Of a DNA stretch of 64,000 nucleotides, positions 45,201-55,558 are shown piece after piece. Source of the DNA: an uncultured Duncaniella sp. GTDB lineage: Bacteria > Bacteroidota > Bacteroidia > Bacteroidales > Muribaculaceae. Every line of letters begins with the position of its first letter. Position 1 is the stretch's first letter. The position numbers were made by a program, and so were the translations under genes. The stretch spans positions 162,172-226,171 of the forward strand of contig CAJTRI010000001.1 in assembly GCA_910578615.1 (NCBI GenBank), given 5' to 3'. Below the pieces are notes generated by a model that saw nothing but the letters and a program-made list of their open reading frames with translations, was not told where the DNA came from and did no database searches.

Positions 45201-45356
45201 AATACCCCCCCCTCCTGTATGTCCGGGCGTTTCTCCGGCGATTGCGAGACCGCTCATCATCAACGAGCCTATTGCAACGCCGCATAATGCCAGTCTCCGC
45301 CCGCAGGTGCGGTTGACAGTCTTTGCTGACTGTCTCAGTTCACTACGATTCTTCAT
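42249..45356 (-). CDS. SusC/RagA-family TonB-dependent transporter
   Basis: Carboxypeptidase-regulatory-like N-domain (LKGHVVDENGEPMVGVSVTVDG..DGNFSI). Plug region (NPLFIIDGIEG, SIEVLKGASSTAIYGSAGANGVIIITTK). The C-terminus is ..FGINLSF. The start is set at MKNRSEL (ATG 45356). Confidence 0.92.
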   Translation of the reverse strand: MKNRSELRQSAKTVNRTCGRRLALCGVAIGSLMMSGLAIAGETPGHTGGGGIYSVNQQPNQTQTLKGHVVDENGEPMVGVSVTVDGKPGLGGSTDIDGNFSIKAPENSTLIFSYIGYPDVKMAATGKEMEVEMKSEGVSLDEVVAIGYGTMRKRDLTGAISSVKAEDIVRTPTGNVIEAIQGQVPGLDITRTSGEAGSGVNMSLRGTRSINGDNNPLFIIDGIEGSYEELNPNDIASIEVLKGASSTAIYGSAGANGVIIITTKNPQQGRFTVNFDGYYGWNTISSFPEVNRGQRYIDFRREAQRTAGVWNSPADDDKLFPAYMQDFIDQGKWVDWADEAAQTGHTQSYNLNTAYSNDRVDAMFSLGYYDIQGLLKGDEMRRYSARTKLDFKASRYLKYGLSLYAMYSDNDRRYSRLWNRVICMPPLGDIYDEDGNLTDYPLGDGNMNPLADNDPAQYANNRKTLSVTPQAYVEITPVNGLSFKSVLGGYFRNLKASSYTGTRSYQGLESGKVAGVINNTFVYNYKWQNILTYNFDINRDHRFTLTGVTEWAKNRTETSNATANDFDTDDYGYHNLGAATGTPTVASSYVQTQKMSYAFRVNYSYKGRYLASISSRWDGASILASGNKWDVFPAGSLAWRISDEDFMSDLIWLSNLKLRGEYGVTGNAGASAYATLDYSRNGIIGFQDIAQAYSGYQLSIANKNLGWEKSYNLNIGLDAGFLNDRINFTLDWYRTDTKDLLFKKNLPYAAGGYGASPFNIWSNVGETRNTGVELAVTSRNITNRDFTWTTTLTFSTNKNEVIKTTSDGPLQFNEYYLIPGEAVHTYYGFKYAGIWGTAQAEEAAKYSQKPGQVHIAEKGEPDYKLNTDDYYVLGSADPKWSGSLLNTFTYKGFDLSVLLIARWGWTIPYGLTGWYRTDGLSPSPVICDYWTPENQDARYPRPDASISNGQDPYQQWINYYDGSYLKIKNITLGYTLPKNWLRKFGANNARIYFTASNPFIFTKSEYLKNYDPEKGGNDDEAPLSKQYVFGINLSF

Positions 45357-45434
45357 TGGTTTTAGATAAATTAGGAAAAATTGAAATGTGATTGGACGGC
45401 ATACGGTTTGAAGGCCTGTATCCGTTCGCGATGG

Positions 45435-45464
45435 CAAAAATACACAAATTCCATTAAAATCAAA
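45435..45464 (-). promoter_or_regulatory. Candidate susC-like promoter (minus strand TTTG-N18-TAttTTTG)
   Basis: On the plus strand, CAAAAATA lies at 45435-45442 and CAAA at 45461-45464. The spacing is 1 nt short of the usual range. Confidence 0.3.
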
Positions 45465-45622
45465 AGAAACGATTAAAAAAACGAAATTTTTGAAATAGGA
45501 ATGTAATTATATAAAAAGTAGCTTTTTGGTCTTAATCGCTGTGGTACTTGTTGTTAGGTTTATTGATTATCGTATGGGTGTTTTAAAGTTATTATATACT
45601 CGGTTTTGATGATGTTTCTTTT

Positions 45623-45659
45623 GAAAGATTTCGAAAGATGGCTGGATGGGAGGAAAGAT
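45623..45659 (+). promoter_or_regulatory. Three helically phased GAAAGAT direct repeats in the susC/nuoA divergent region
   Basis: GAAAGAT occurs at 45623, 45633 and 45653, giving start-to-start spacings of 10 and 20 bp. The repeats lie 60-95 bp upstream of the nuoA -7 box. Confidence 0.3.
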
Positions 45660-45715
45660 TGCCTTGTGAGGCCGTGAATTTTTTGATTTTTTTTCCTCGT
45701 TGGAAAAATTTTGCG

Positions 45716-45723
45716 TATATTTG
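45716..45723 (+). promoter_or_regulatory. -7 box TAtaTTTG upstream of nuoA
   Basis: The sequence is gcgTATATTTGcac. The nearest proper TTTG (45682-45685) is 30 nt away, so the -33 element is poor. The predicted leader is about 100 nt and contains an 11-bp hairpin with one mismatch (GCAACAACCTG/CAGGCTGTTGC). Confidence 0.4.
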
Positions 45724-45830
45724 CACAGCGAAAAAGTACCTCTTCCTCAGCCGTTACCTATTTAGCCGCAACAACCTGTTAATATCCAGGCTGTTGCTTG
45801 TTTCTGCCAGAACACGATACAACACGAAAT

Positions 45831-46199
45831 ATGATAGCATTAGCAATTCAAAATGCAACCCTCGCGGTGGTGGCCCTTCTTACGGGTGTCGCCCTCGTGG
45901 CCGTTGCGCTTTGGCTCGCGGGGTTGATCTCACCCAGATCTTTCAACCCACAGAAGGGCGAGGCTTATGAATGTGGTATTCCCACCCGAGGAGAGTCGAT
46001 GGCTCAGTTCAAGGTGGGATATTATCTGTTTGCCATTCTCTTCCTGATGTTTGACGTCGAGACCGTCTTCCTCTACCCATGGGCTGTCAGGGTGCACGAA
46101 CTCGGCACACAGGGACTGACCGCGATCGCGGTATTTTTCGGCATCATAGTGCTGGGCCTTGTTTATGCCTGGCGGAAAGGAGCATTGGAATGGAAGTAA
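45831..46199 (+). CDS. nuoA: NADH-quinone oxidoreductase (NDH-1) subunit A
   Basis: YECGIPTRGESMAQFKVGYYLFAILFLMFDVETVFLYPWAV. The start is set at ATG 45831; the track start is a TTG. Confidence 0.9.
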   Translation: MIALAIQNATLAVVALLTGVALVAVALWLAGLISPRSFNPQKGEAYECGIPTRGESMAQFKVGYYLFAILFLMFDVETVFLYPWAVRVHELGTQGLTAIAVFFGIIVLGLVYAWRKGALEWK

Positions 46200-46798
46200 C
46201 CACACAAGGCATGCCCTACGAGGCATGGAAAGACAACGAATATATAGAGAAGCTCGTCAAGGAGCTTCAGGAGTCAGGAACCAACGTGATAGTGGGTTCG
46301 CTTGACAAACTTATCAACTGGGGGCGGTCTAACTCCATCTGGCCTCTCACTTTCGCCACCAGTTGCTGCGGCATCGAGTTCGTGTCGTTGGGCGCTGCCC
46401 GCTACGACATGGCCCGTTTCGGATGGGAAGTGGCTCGCGCCTCGCCCCGACAGGCCGACTTCATGATGGTGGCCGGCACGATCGTGCACCGAATGGTGCC
46501 TGTCTTCCGCCGCCTCTATGACCAGCTTGCCGAGCCTAAGTACGTGATTGCCTGTGGCAGTTGCGCCATCTCCGGCGGCCCGTTCAAGAAGAGCTACCAT
46601 GTGGCCATGGGCATCGAGGATATAGTCCCCGTCGATGTCTTTGTCCCCGGCTGTCCTCCGCGTCCCGAGGCCATGATATACGGCATCATGCAGCTTTCGC
46701 GCAAAATCAAGGTGGAGAAATTCTTCGGCGGCGTAAACCGTCAGGAGAGCCAGAAGGAATTTCTGGCCGCCCACCCTGTCGAGGGAGTCAACGATTAA
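46190..46798 (+). CDS. nuoB: NDH-1 subunit B
   Basis: Fe-S cluster N2 ligand motifs are present: TFATSCCGIEF, ACGSCAISGGPF and VPGCPPRPE. Confidence 0.92.
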   Translation: MEVTTQGMPYEAWKDNEYIEKLVKELQESGTNVIVGSLDKLINWGRSNSIWPLTFATSCCGIEFVSLGAARYDMARFGWEVARASPRQADFMMVAGTIVHRMVPVFRRLYDQLAEPKYVIACGSCAISGGPFKKSYHVAMGIEDIVPVDVFVPGCPPRPEAMIYGIMQLSRKIKVEKFFGGVNRQESQKEFLAAHPVEGVND

Positions 46799-46827
46799 AT
46801 TGTCCAATCATCTTCACATTATATATA

Positions 46828-48456
46828 ATGGCCAACATTCAGGAAAAAATTTCCGGAAAGTTTCCCGAAGCAGCCTTCAATCAGGCTCCGGGCGTCCTTG
46901 AAGTGAGCGTCCCCGACGCCCGCTGGCACGACCTGGCCCGCATGCTGCGCCACGAGCTGGGATTTGACTTCCTCGTCACCATCGTCGGCATGGACTGGAA
47001 GGAAGCCGGCCTCGGCTGCATCTATTATCTTGTCTCGACCAGCACGCGTGAGAACGTCGCCGTAAAGGTGATGGCCACCGGCGACCGCGAGAAGCCCTTC
47101 GTTCACTCTGTATTTGACCTTTGGGATATTGCCACCATCTACGAGCGCGAGGTCTACGACTATTTCGGCATAATCTTCGTCAACAACCCCGACATGCGCC
47201 GTCTCTTCCTCAATATAGATTGGAAGGGATATCCTCTGCGTAAGGATTATGACGCCGATCCGGCCATAAACCCTGTCTCGATAGAGAATGAACGCCAGAC
47301 CGACTTCACCGATACATGGGTGGAGCGTGACGGCAAGATTGTAAAGGAAGAGCGCCGCGTCTTCCAGCCCGAGGATTTCGTTGTCAATATCGGCCCGCAG
47401 CACCCCGCTACCCACGGCGTGCTCCGTTTCCGCACTGCGGTAGACGGCGAGATTATAAAGAAAATCGATATCTATCTCGGTTATATCCACCGTGGTGTAG
47501 AGAAAATCTGCGAGGGACTCACCTATCCCCAGACCCTTCACTTCATGGATCGTCTGGACTACTTCTCTGCCCATAACTACCACCACGGTCTCTGTCTGCT
47601 TATAGAGGAGGCTGCCGGAATAGAGATTTCGCGCCGTGCACAGGTCATCCGGGTGCTCATGGACGAGTTGTCGCGTATAGCGTCACACTGCCTGTTCATC
47701 GGTACCTATTGCATGGACCTCGGCGCCACTACCATGCTCTTTTACACCCTGCGTGTCCGTGAACAGATTCTTGACATCATGGAGCGCACATGTGGCGCAC
47801 GCATGACGTTCAACTATGACTGTATAGGCGGTGTCATGCAGGATCTCCACCCTGACTTTGTCAAGGACGTCCACGCCCTTCTCGATGTCATCCCCCGCAA
47901 CATCAAGGAATACAACAAGATATTTACCGGCAACGTCATCGCCCGTGACCGTATGGAAGGTGTCGGAACCCTCTCGCGCGAGGATGCCGTGTCATGGGCT
48001 GTCACAGGCCCCAACGGCCGTGCTTCCGGCTGGGCTTGCGATGTGCGCAAATGTGCACCTTACAGCATCTATTCAGAGCTTGACTTCGAAGAGGTCATAC
48101 GCTCCGAAGGTGACTCAATGGCCCGTTTCAAGGTGCGTCTGGACGAGATTGAACAGAGCGCCCGCATTATAGCGCAGCTTATCGACAATATACCTGACGG
48201 CGAGTATTGCGTGAAGGTTCCCAAAGTCCTCAAACTCCCTGTGGGCCACTGGTTCAAGATGGTTGAGGGATGTCGCGGCACATTCGGTCTCTATCTCGAA
48301 AGCGACGGCACCGCCAGCCCCTACCGTCTCAAAATAGCACCTCCGTGCCTTCCCGCAGCCGCAGTCGTTGACCACATCACGCGCGGACAGAAAATAGCCG
48401 ACCTTATAACCATCGGTGGCTCTATGGACTATATCGTCCCCGACATCGACAGATAA
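46828..48456 (+). CDS. nuoCD: NDH-1 fused subunits C and D
   Basis: The NuoC part reads FDFLVTIVGMDW..YEREVYDYFGIIF. The NuoD part reads NIGPQHPATHGVLR..GYIHRGVEK.. and ends IVPDIDR. The start is set at ATG 46828. Confidence 0.92.
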   Translation: MANIQEKISGKFPEAAFNQAPGVLEVSVPDARWHDLARMLRHELGFDFLVTIVGMDWKEAGLGCIYYLVSTSTRENVAVKVMATGDREKPFVHSVFDLWDIATIYEREVYDYFGIIFVNNPDMRRLFLNIDWKGYPLRKDYDADPAINPVSIENERQTDFTDTWVERDGKIVKEERRVFQPEDFVVNIGPQHPATHGVLRFRTAVDGEIIKKIDIYLGYIHRGVEKICEGLTYPQTLHFMDRLDYFSAHNYHHGLCLLIEEAAGIEISRRAQVIRVLMDELSRIASHCLFIGTYCMDLGATTMLFYTLRVREQILDIMERTCGARMTFNYDCIGGVMQDLHPDFVKDVHALLDVIPRNIKEYNKIFTGNVIARDRMEGVGTLSREDAVSWAVTGPNGRASGWACDVRKCAPYSIYSELDFEEVIRSEGDSMARFKVRLDEIEQSARIIAQLIDNIPDGEYCVKVPKVLKLPVGHWFKMVEGCRGTFGLYLESDGTASPYRLKIAPPCLPAAAVVDHITRGQKIADLITIGGSMDYIVPDIDR

Positions 48457-48515
48457 CCGGCAGTATTTCAGAAGAACAAAATAAACCATCAATCACAATA
48501 CCTTATACATAAGTT

Positions 48516-49592
48516 ATGCAAGACTTATCAGTAGGAACCGCCTGGCTGCATTCGCTCTTCCTCGGCTTCATGCCCGAGTGGGCGGCAGTCACCCTCGAAT
48601 GCCTGCTCGTCGGAGTGGGGCTGATGCTGCTCTACGCAGTCCTCGCCCTTTTCTATATCCTCTTCGAGCGTAAGGTCTGCGCCTACTTCCAGTGCCGTCT
48701 CGGCCCCAACCGTGTGGGCCCGTGGGGTCTGCTCCAAAGCGTGGCCGACATGTTCAAGATTCTCATCAAGGAGCTTATCTCGCTCAACCACATTGACAAG
48801 TTCCTGTTTGCCCTCGCGCCTTATCTCGTCATAATCGCCTCGATGCTTGCCTTCTCGGTGCTTCCGTGGGGCAACGGGTTGCAGATTGTCGACTTCAATG
48901 TGGGCATCTTCTTCCTGCTCGCCGTCAGCTCGATAGGAGTACTCGGCATCCTTCTGGCAGGATGGTCGTCAAACAATAAGTTCACCCTCATCGGCGCTCT
49001 TCGTTCGGGTGCGCAGATGGTCTCCTACGAGCTTTCTATGGGACTTTGCGTGGTCACCATGGTGGTGATTGCCGGTTCGATGAACGTCACTGACATAGTG
49101 ATGGCGCAGGAACATCTCTGGTTCATCTTCTCGGGTCATATCCCCGCCCTTATCGCCTTCGTGATCTTCATGATTGCGGGTACGGCAGAGACCAACCGAG
49201 GCCCGTTTGACCTTCCCGAGGCCGAGAGCGAGCTGACCGCCGGATACCACACCGAATACTCCGGCATACACTTCGGTTTCTTCTACCTTGCCGAATACCT
49301 CAACCTCTTTATTGTCTCCGGCGTGGCCGCTCTCCTCTTTTTCGGAGGTTGGATGCCTCTCCATATTCCCGGATTTGACGCTTTCAACCACGTGATGGAC
49401 TTTATCCCCTCGGTGGTATGGTTCATAGGCAAGGCCGTGGCCCTCTCGTTCATCATCATCTGGTTCAAGTGGACGTTCCCCCGTCTCCGCATTGACCAGC
49501 TCCTGACGCTCGAATGGAAATACCTCCTCCCCATCAATCTCTTCAACCTCGTCCTGATGGTCATCGTGGTGACCTTCGGCCTTTACCTCTAA
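48516..49592 (+). CDS. nuoH: NDH-1 subunit H
   Basis: [31 protein letters not shown], and [26 protein letters not shown]. Confidence 0.95.
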   Translation: MQDLSVGTAWLHSLFLGFMPEWAAVTLECLLVGVGLMLLYAVLALFYILFERKVCAYFQCRLGPNRVGPWGLLQSVADMFKILIKELISLNHIDKFLFALAPYLVIIASMLAFSVLPWGNGLQIVDFNVGIFFLLAVSSIGVLGILLAGWSSNNKFTLIGALRSGAQMVSYELSMGLCVVTMVVIAGSMNVTDIVMAQEHLWFIFSGHIPALIAFVIFMIAGTAETNRGPFDLPEAESELTAGYHTEYSGIHFGFFYLAEYLNLFIVSGVAALLFFGGWMPLHIPGFDAFNHVMDFIPSVVWFIGKAVALSFIIIWFKWTFPRLRIDQLLTLEWKYLLPINLFNLVLMVIVVTFGLYL

Positions 49593-49635
49593 GAAATCCC
49601 TTTTCCCCACAACACCCCTCCTAAAATCAAGATAA

Positions 49636-51144
<1,509 letters not shown>

Positions 51145-51180
51145 TACCATCTCTCTTAACAATAACAAAAAGCACCACAG

Positions 51181-51417
51181 ATGACACTCAAGATAATCTC
51201 AGCCGAAGACATCCTCTTCCAGGGAGAAGTGACCATAGTCCGTCTCCCCGGCACCATGGGTGCCTTCACAGTCCTTCCCGGCCATGCGTCGCTCATCTCC
51301 ACCCTCACACCCGGAACCATCGGATACACCACTCCCGGCGGCTCGCAGGAAGAGATCAGGATAGGGGGCGGTATCGTGGACGTCGATTCCGACATCATCT
51401 CAGTGTGCATCTACTAA
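51181..51417 (+). CDS. atpC: F1 ATP synthase epsilon subunit, short form (beta-sandwich domain only)
   Basis: 78 aa, MTLKIISAEDILFQGEVTIVRLPGTMGAFTVLPGHASLIS... There is no C-terminal helical hairpin. Confidence 0.85.
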   Translation: MTLKIISAEDILFQGEVTIVRLPGTMGAFTVLPGHASLISTLTPGTIGYTTPGGSQEEIRIGGGIVDVDSDIISVCIY

Positions 51418-51431
51418 TCTATCCCGTCCGT

Positions 51432-52553
51432 ATGACACGTCAACTCTTCACAAAAATAGCTCTGGCGCTCATCGCCTTGCTGCTTCCCGCCATGGTGTCG
51501 GCCTCCGGCCACGACAATGGCGGAGATGCCAAGGAAGGTGTGGACGCGCAGGGTATAATCTTCGAGCATCTCGGCGATGGCTACGGCTGGGAAGTGCCCT
51601 TCAACCACCACAAGCGCATTCCTCTCCCCGTCATCGTATGGGCCGGCGACGGCCTCCACATCTTCTCTTCGTCACGTGTGGCCCACGGGCAGGTGTGGCG
51701 CGACGGCGACACCGAGTTCAAGATTGCCGGAAAGGACAGCCCCTACAAGGGCAAAGTGGTCGAGATTGTTGACGGCAAGGAGATAAAGCCTGCTCTTGAC
51801 ATCTCTGTCACCAAGAACGTCTGCGGTGTCTTCATCTCGGTACTCGTGTGCATATGGTGCATCCTTAGCGTGGCCCGCTGGCACAGAAGGGAAGGCATGA
51901 AGGCTCCCCGCAAAATGACCGGCGCGATAGAGTCGCTGATTCTTTTCGTCTATGACGGTGTCATCAAGCCAACTCTCAAAACGAAAGCCCCCAAGTTTGC
52001 GCCCTATCTGCTGACTGTCTTCTTCTTCATCCTCGTGATGAACCTTCTGGGACTCATCGTCATCTTCCCCGGCGGTGCCAACCTCACGGGCAACGTGGCA
52101 GTGACCCTCGTCCTTGCAGTCCTTACATTCTTTGTCACCAACATTTTCGCCTCCCGCCATTACTGGAAGGAGATATTCAATCCTGATGTCCCTTGGTGGC
52201 TCAAATATCCCCTGCCTATCATGCCGCTTATAGAGGTCTTCGGTATATTCACCAAGCCTGCGGCACTGACAGTCCGTCTGTTTGCCAACATGATGGGCGG
52301 CCACATGATAGTGATAGTGCTCACGCTCCTCATCTTTATCTTTGCGGCCATGGGGCCGGCCGTCAGCGGTGCCACTGCGGTGGTCTCGGTGATATTCTCG
52401 GTCTTCATGCTCTTGATCGACGTCCTTGTAAGCTTCATACAGGCCTATGTGTTCACGATGCTCTCCACCATCTTCATCGCCCTGGGGCAGGAAGAGGGTC
52501 ATGAAGGAGGCCATGCGGCCGAACATCCCGTCCCCTCTCCCGCCAAAAACTAA
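51432..52553 (+). CDS. atpB: Fo ATP synthase subunit a with a long N-terminal extension
   Basis: The C-terminal core reads TKPAALTVRLFANMMGGHMI (essential Arg context) and IQAYVFTMLSTIF. An N-terminal segment of about 120 aa with a signal-like sequence precedes the TM core. Confidence 0.88.
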   Translation: MTRQLFTKIALALIALLLPAMVSASGHDNGGDAKEGVDAQGIIFEHLGDGYGWEVPFNHHKRIPLPVIVWAGDGLHIFSSSRVAHGQVWRDGDTEFKIAGKDSPYKGKVVEIVDGKEIKPALDISVTKNVCGVFISVLVCIWCILSVARWHRREGMKAPRKMTGAIESLILFVYDGVIKPTLKTKAPKFAPYLLTVFFFILVMNLLGLIVIFPGGANLTGNVAVTLVLAVLTFFVTNIFASRHYWKEIFNPDVPWWLKYPLPIMPLIEVFGIFTKPAALTVRLFANMMGGHMIVIVLTLLIFIFAAMGPAVSGATAVVSVIFSVFMLLIDVLVSFIQAYVFTMLSTIFIALGQEEGHEGGHAAEHPVPSPAKN

Positions 52554-52598
52554 ATCAAAACAAAAAATATAAATCACCCTCTAAATTCCTTTACAACT

Positions 52599-52847
52599 AT
52601 GTTAGCAATGATCTTAGCAGCTATCGAAGGTATCCTTGGCATCGGCGTTTGCATCGGTGCAGCAATCGCAGCAATCGGCGCCGGTCTCGGCATCGGCAAA
52701 ATCGGTGGTTCAGCCATGGAGGCAATCGCCCGCCAGCCCGAATCGGCCGGTGACATCCGAAGCAACATGATCGTTATCGCAGCCCTTATCGAGGGTGTGG
52801 CCCTCTTCGCCGTTATCGTCTGCATCCTTGCAATGTTCGTAGGCTAA
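52599..52847 (+). CDS. atpE: Fo ATP synthase subunit c
   Basis: Helical hairpin with an ARQPE loop. The carboxylate lies in AALIEGVALFAV. Confidence 0.92.
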   Translation: MLAMILAAIEGILGIGVCIGAAIAAIGAGLGIGKIGGSAMEAIARQPESAGDIRSNMIVIAALIEGVALFAVIVCILAMFVG

Positions 52848-52868
52848 TCCTTTTGAGCCGTCACCGCT

Positions 52869-53366
52869 ATGGAACTATTCACGCCTGATTTCGGCCTGAT
52901 ATTCTGGATGTTCGTGTCATTCGCCATCCTCTTCCTCATCCTGTGGAAGTGGGGCTGGCCTATGATTATGAAGGGAGTGTCAGACCGAGCCGACCTCATC
53001 GACAAGGGTGTGGAGTATGCTCAAAATGCCAAAGAACAGCTTGACCATGCCCGCGAAGAGGCGGATAAATACATAGCCGACGCCCGTCGCCAGCAGGCCG
53101 AAATGCTGCGCGAGACTGACAAGATGAAAAACCAGATCATCGAGGAAGCCCGCACCGCAGCACAGATTGCCGCCAAGAAGGAGATGGACGCCGCAAAGCT
53201 CTCGATCGAACAGGAGCGCAAAGCCGCCCAGGAACAATTCCGCACCGAGGTCTCATCGTTCGCGCTCGACATCGCTCAGAAGGTCGTCCGCGGACAGCTC
53301 AAAGAGGACAAGGCGCAGGAAAAGCTCGTCAGTTCCCTGCTCGACGAGATGGAAAAAAAGAACTAA
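52869..53366 (+). CDS. atpF: Fo ATP synthase subunit b
   Basis: An N-terminal TM helix is followed by a long charged helix. The position between c and delta fits. Confidence 0.85.
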   Translation: MELFTPDFGLIFWMFVSFAILFLILWKWGWPMIMKGVSDRADLIDKGVEYAQNAKEQLDHAREEADKYIADARRQQAEMLRETDKMKNQIIEEARTAAQIAAKKEMDAAKLSIEQERKAAQEQFRTEVSSFALDIAQKVVRGQLKEDKAQEKLVSSLLDEMEKKN

Positions 53367-53391
53367 CCGCTCATAGCCTCCATTTAATTAT

Positions 53392-53940
53392 ATGAACCAA
53401 GGTCTCATCCCAAGCCGTTATGCCAAGGCCCTGATCGAGTATGCAGCCGAGAAGGGTGAGGAGAAGCGTCTTTTCGACTTCATGAAAACCCTCGCGGCCT
53501 CTTTCGAGGCCCAGCCCGGGCTAATGAAGGTCATGGCCAACCCGTTTGTCGCCCCGGCTGACAAGGAGAGGTTGCTTATGACCGCCGCCGGTGCCGTCAA
53601 TGACGCCTCTGACGGAGTCTTCACCCGTTTCACGCGGCTCCTCACCGCCAACAACCGCCTCGACCTCTCACGCGACATCGCCCTGGCCTACATGAAGCAG
53701 TATCGCCGTGACCACGCCATAAGGCTGGTGACAGTGACATCCGCCGCTCCGCTCGAGAAGACCGAGGAAGAGAGGCTGAAGAAAATCATCGCAGGCCACC
53801 TCGGAGGCGACACGATGGAGTATCGAAACTCCGTCGATCCCGATCTCATCGGTGGTTTCGTCATCACCATAGACAACGAAAAGCTCGATGCCTCCGTGGC
53901 GAACGAACTGAAACAACTGCGACTGAAACTCCTAAATTAA
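53392..53940 (+). CDS. atpH: F1 ATP synthase delta (OSCP) subunit
   Basis: 182 aa. The N-terminus reads [15 protein letters not shown]. The C-terminus reads [17 protein letters not shown]. Confidence 0.85.
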   Translation: MNQGLIPSRYAKALIEYAAEKGEEKRLFDFMKTLAASFEAQPGLMKVMANPFVAPADKERLLMTAAGAVNDASDGVFTRFTRLLTANNRLDLSRDIALAYMKQYRRDHAIRLVTVTSAAPLEKTEEERLKKIIAGHLGGDTMEYRNSVDPDLIGGFVITIDNEKLDASVANELKQLRLKLLN

Positions 53941-53971
53941 AACCATCCCCCTTTCAACTCAACCATTACCA

Positions 53972-55543
53972 ATGATAAACCCAAGCGAGATTTCTCAGGT
54001 ACTGAAACAACAACTCGAGAGTGTCAACTCCAAGGTATCGTTTGAAGAAACCGGCACCGTGCTCGACGTGGGCGACGGCGTGGCCCACGTCTACGGCCTC
54101 GACAACGTCTGCGCCAACGAGCTCGTTGAGTTCGAGAACGGCGTGAAGGGTGTAGCCCTCAACCTCGAGGAGAGCAACGTCGGTGTCATCCTCCTCAACA
54201 ACGTCAACAAGGTCACCGAGAACATGAGCGTGCGCCGTACAGGCCGTATTGCCTCCATCAACGTGGGAGACGGCGTCTTCGGTCGCGTCATCAACGTCTT
54301 GGGTCAGCCCATCGACGGCCGTGGCCCCATACAGGGCGACTTGCTTCCCATGCCCCTTGAACGCAAGGCTCCCGGCGTGATTTTCCGCCAGCCCGTGAAG
54401 CAGCCACTCCAGACCGGTATCAAGGCCATAGACTCAATGGTTCCCATCGGTCGCGGACAGCGCGAGCTTATCATCGGCGACCGTCAGATAGGCAAGACCG
54501 CCATCGCTATTGACACCATCATCAACCAGCGTCGCGGTTTCGAGCAGGGCAAGCCCGTCTATTGCATCTATGTGGCTATCGGGCAGAAGGCCTCTACCGT
54601 GGCCGCCATTGTGGACACCCTCCGCCAGAACGGCGCTCTTGACTATACCGTGGTCGTGGCCGCGACGGCAGCCGACTCTGCCGCCGAGCGTTACTACGCC
54701 CCGTTTGCCGGAGTCGCCATCGGAGAGTTCATCCGTGACACCGGCCGCGATGCCCTCATCATCTATGACGACCTCTCGAAGCAGGCCGTGGCCTATCGTG
54801 AGATTTCGCTCGTGCTGAAACGTCCTTCGGGCCGTGAGGCATATCCCGGCGACATCTTCTATCTCCACAGCCGCTTGCTCGAACGTGCTGCAAAGATTAT
54901 CGACAACCAGCAGGTGGCCAGTAACATGAACGACCTTCCTGACTCTCTCAAACCCATCGTCAAGGGTGGAGGATCGCTCACCGCGCTCCCCATTATCGAG
55001 ACACAGGCCGGCGACGTCTCTGCCTATATCCCCACCAACGTCATATCCATCACTGACGGACAGATATTCCTCGAAACCGCTCTCTTCAACCGAGGCATCC
55101 GTCCCGCCATCAACGTGGGTATCTCCGTGTCACGTGTGGGCGGTAGCGCACAGATCAAATCGATGAAGAAGGTGGCCGGTACCTTGAAGATAGACCAGGC
55201 ACAGTTCCGCGAGCTTGAATCGTTCACCAAGTTCGGTGGCGATATCGATGCCGTGACTGCCCGCGTCATCGACAAGGGTCGAAAGAACGAGCGTCTTCTC
55301 ATCCAGCCCCAGTACTCCCCTATGATGGTCGAGGACGAGGTTGCTGTCATCTTCTGCGGGACACGCGGCCTTCTCGCCGATGTCCCCATGGACAAGGTAA
55401 GGGAATTTGAAAAGAACTTCCTCCAACTCATGCACGCCCGTCATCCCGAGGCTATGGAGGCTATCCGTTCAGGCAACCTTGACGATGACACCGCTGCCAA
55501 GCTGACCGCTGCCGCAGCCGAGATCGCCTCCTCCTATAAATAA
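53972..55543 (+). CDS. atpA: F1 ATP synthase alpha subunit
   Basis: Walker A is GDRQIGKT, and [17 protein letters not shown] is present. Confidence 0.97.
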   Translation: MINPSEISQVLKQQLESVNSKVSFEETGTVLDVGDGVAHVYGLDNVCANELVEFENGVKGVALNLEESNVGVILLNNVNKVTENMSVRRTGRIASINVGDGVFGRVINVLGQPIDGRGPIQGDLLPMPLERKAPGVIFRQPVKQPLQTGIKAIDSMVPIGRGQRELIIGDRQIGKTAIAIDTIINQRRGFEQGKPVYCIYVAIGQKASTVAAIVDTLRQNGALDYTVVVAATAADSAAERYYAPFAGVAIGEFIRDTGRDALIIYDDLSKQAVAYREISLVLKRPSGREAYPGDIFYLHSRLLERAAKIIDNQQVASNMNDLPDSLKPIVKGGGSLTALPIIETQAGDVSAYIPTNVISITDGQIFLETALFNRGIRPAINVGISVSRVGGSAQIKSMKKVAGTLKIDQAQFRELESFTKFGGDIDAVTARVIDKGRKNERLLIQPQYSPMMVEDEVAVIFCGTRGLLADVPMDKVREFEKNFLQLMHARHPEAMEAIRSGNLDDDTAAKLTAAAAEIASSYK

Positions 55544-55558
55544 TGTAACTACACTGAA

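Noticed and set aside
45357-45830. AT-rich 470-bp divergent intergenic region considered as a replication origin
   Set aside because: There is no cluster of DnaA-box-like TTATCCACA/TGTGGATAA sequences, and no dnaA, dnaN or gidA nearby. The region is adequately explained as two divergent promoter regions.
45638-45970. 110-aa plus-strand ORF spanning the nuoA upstream region
   Set aside because: It starts in AT-rich non-coding DNA, runs through the promoter box and into nuoA out of frame. The translation is not protein-like.
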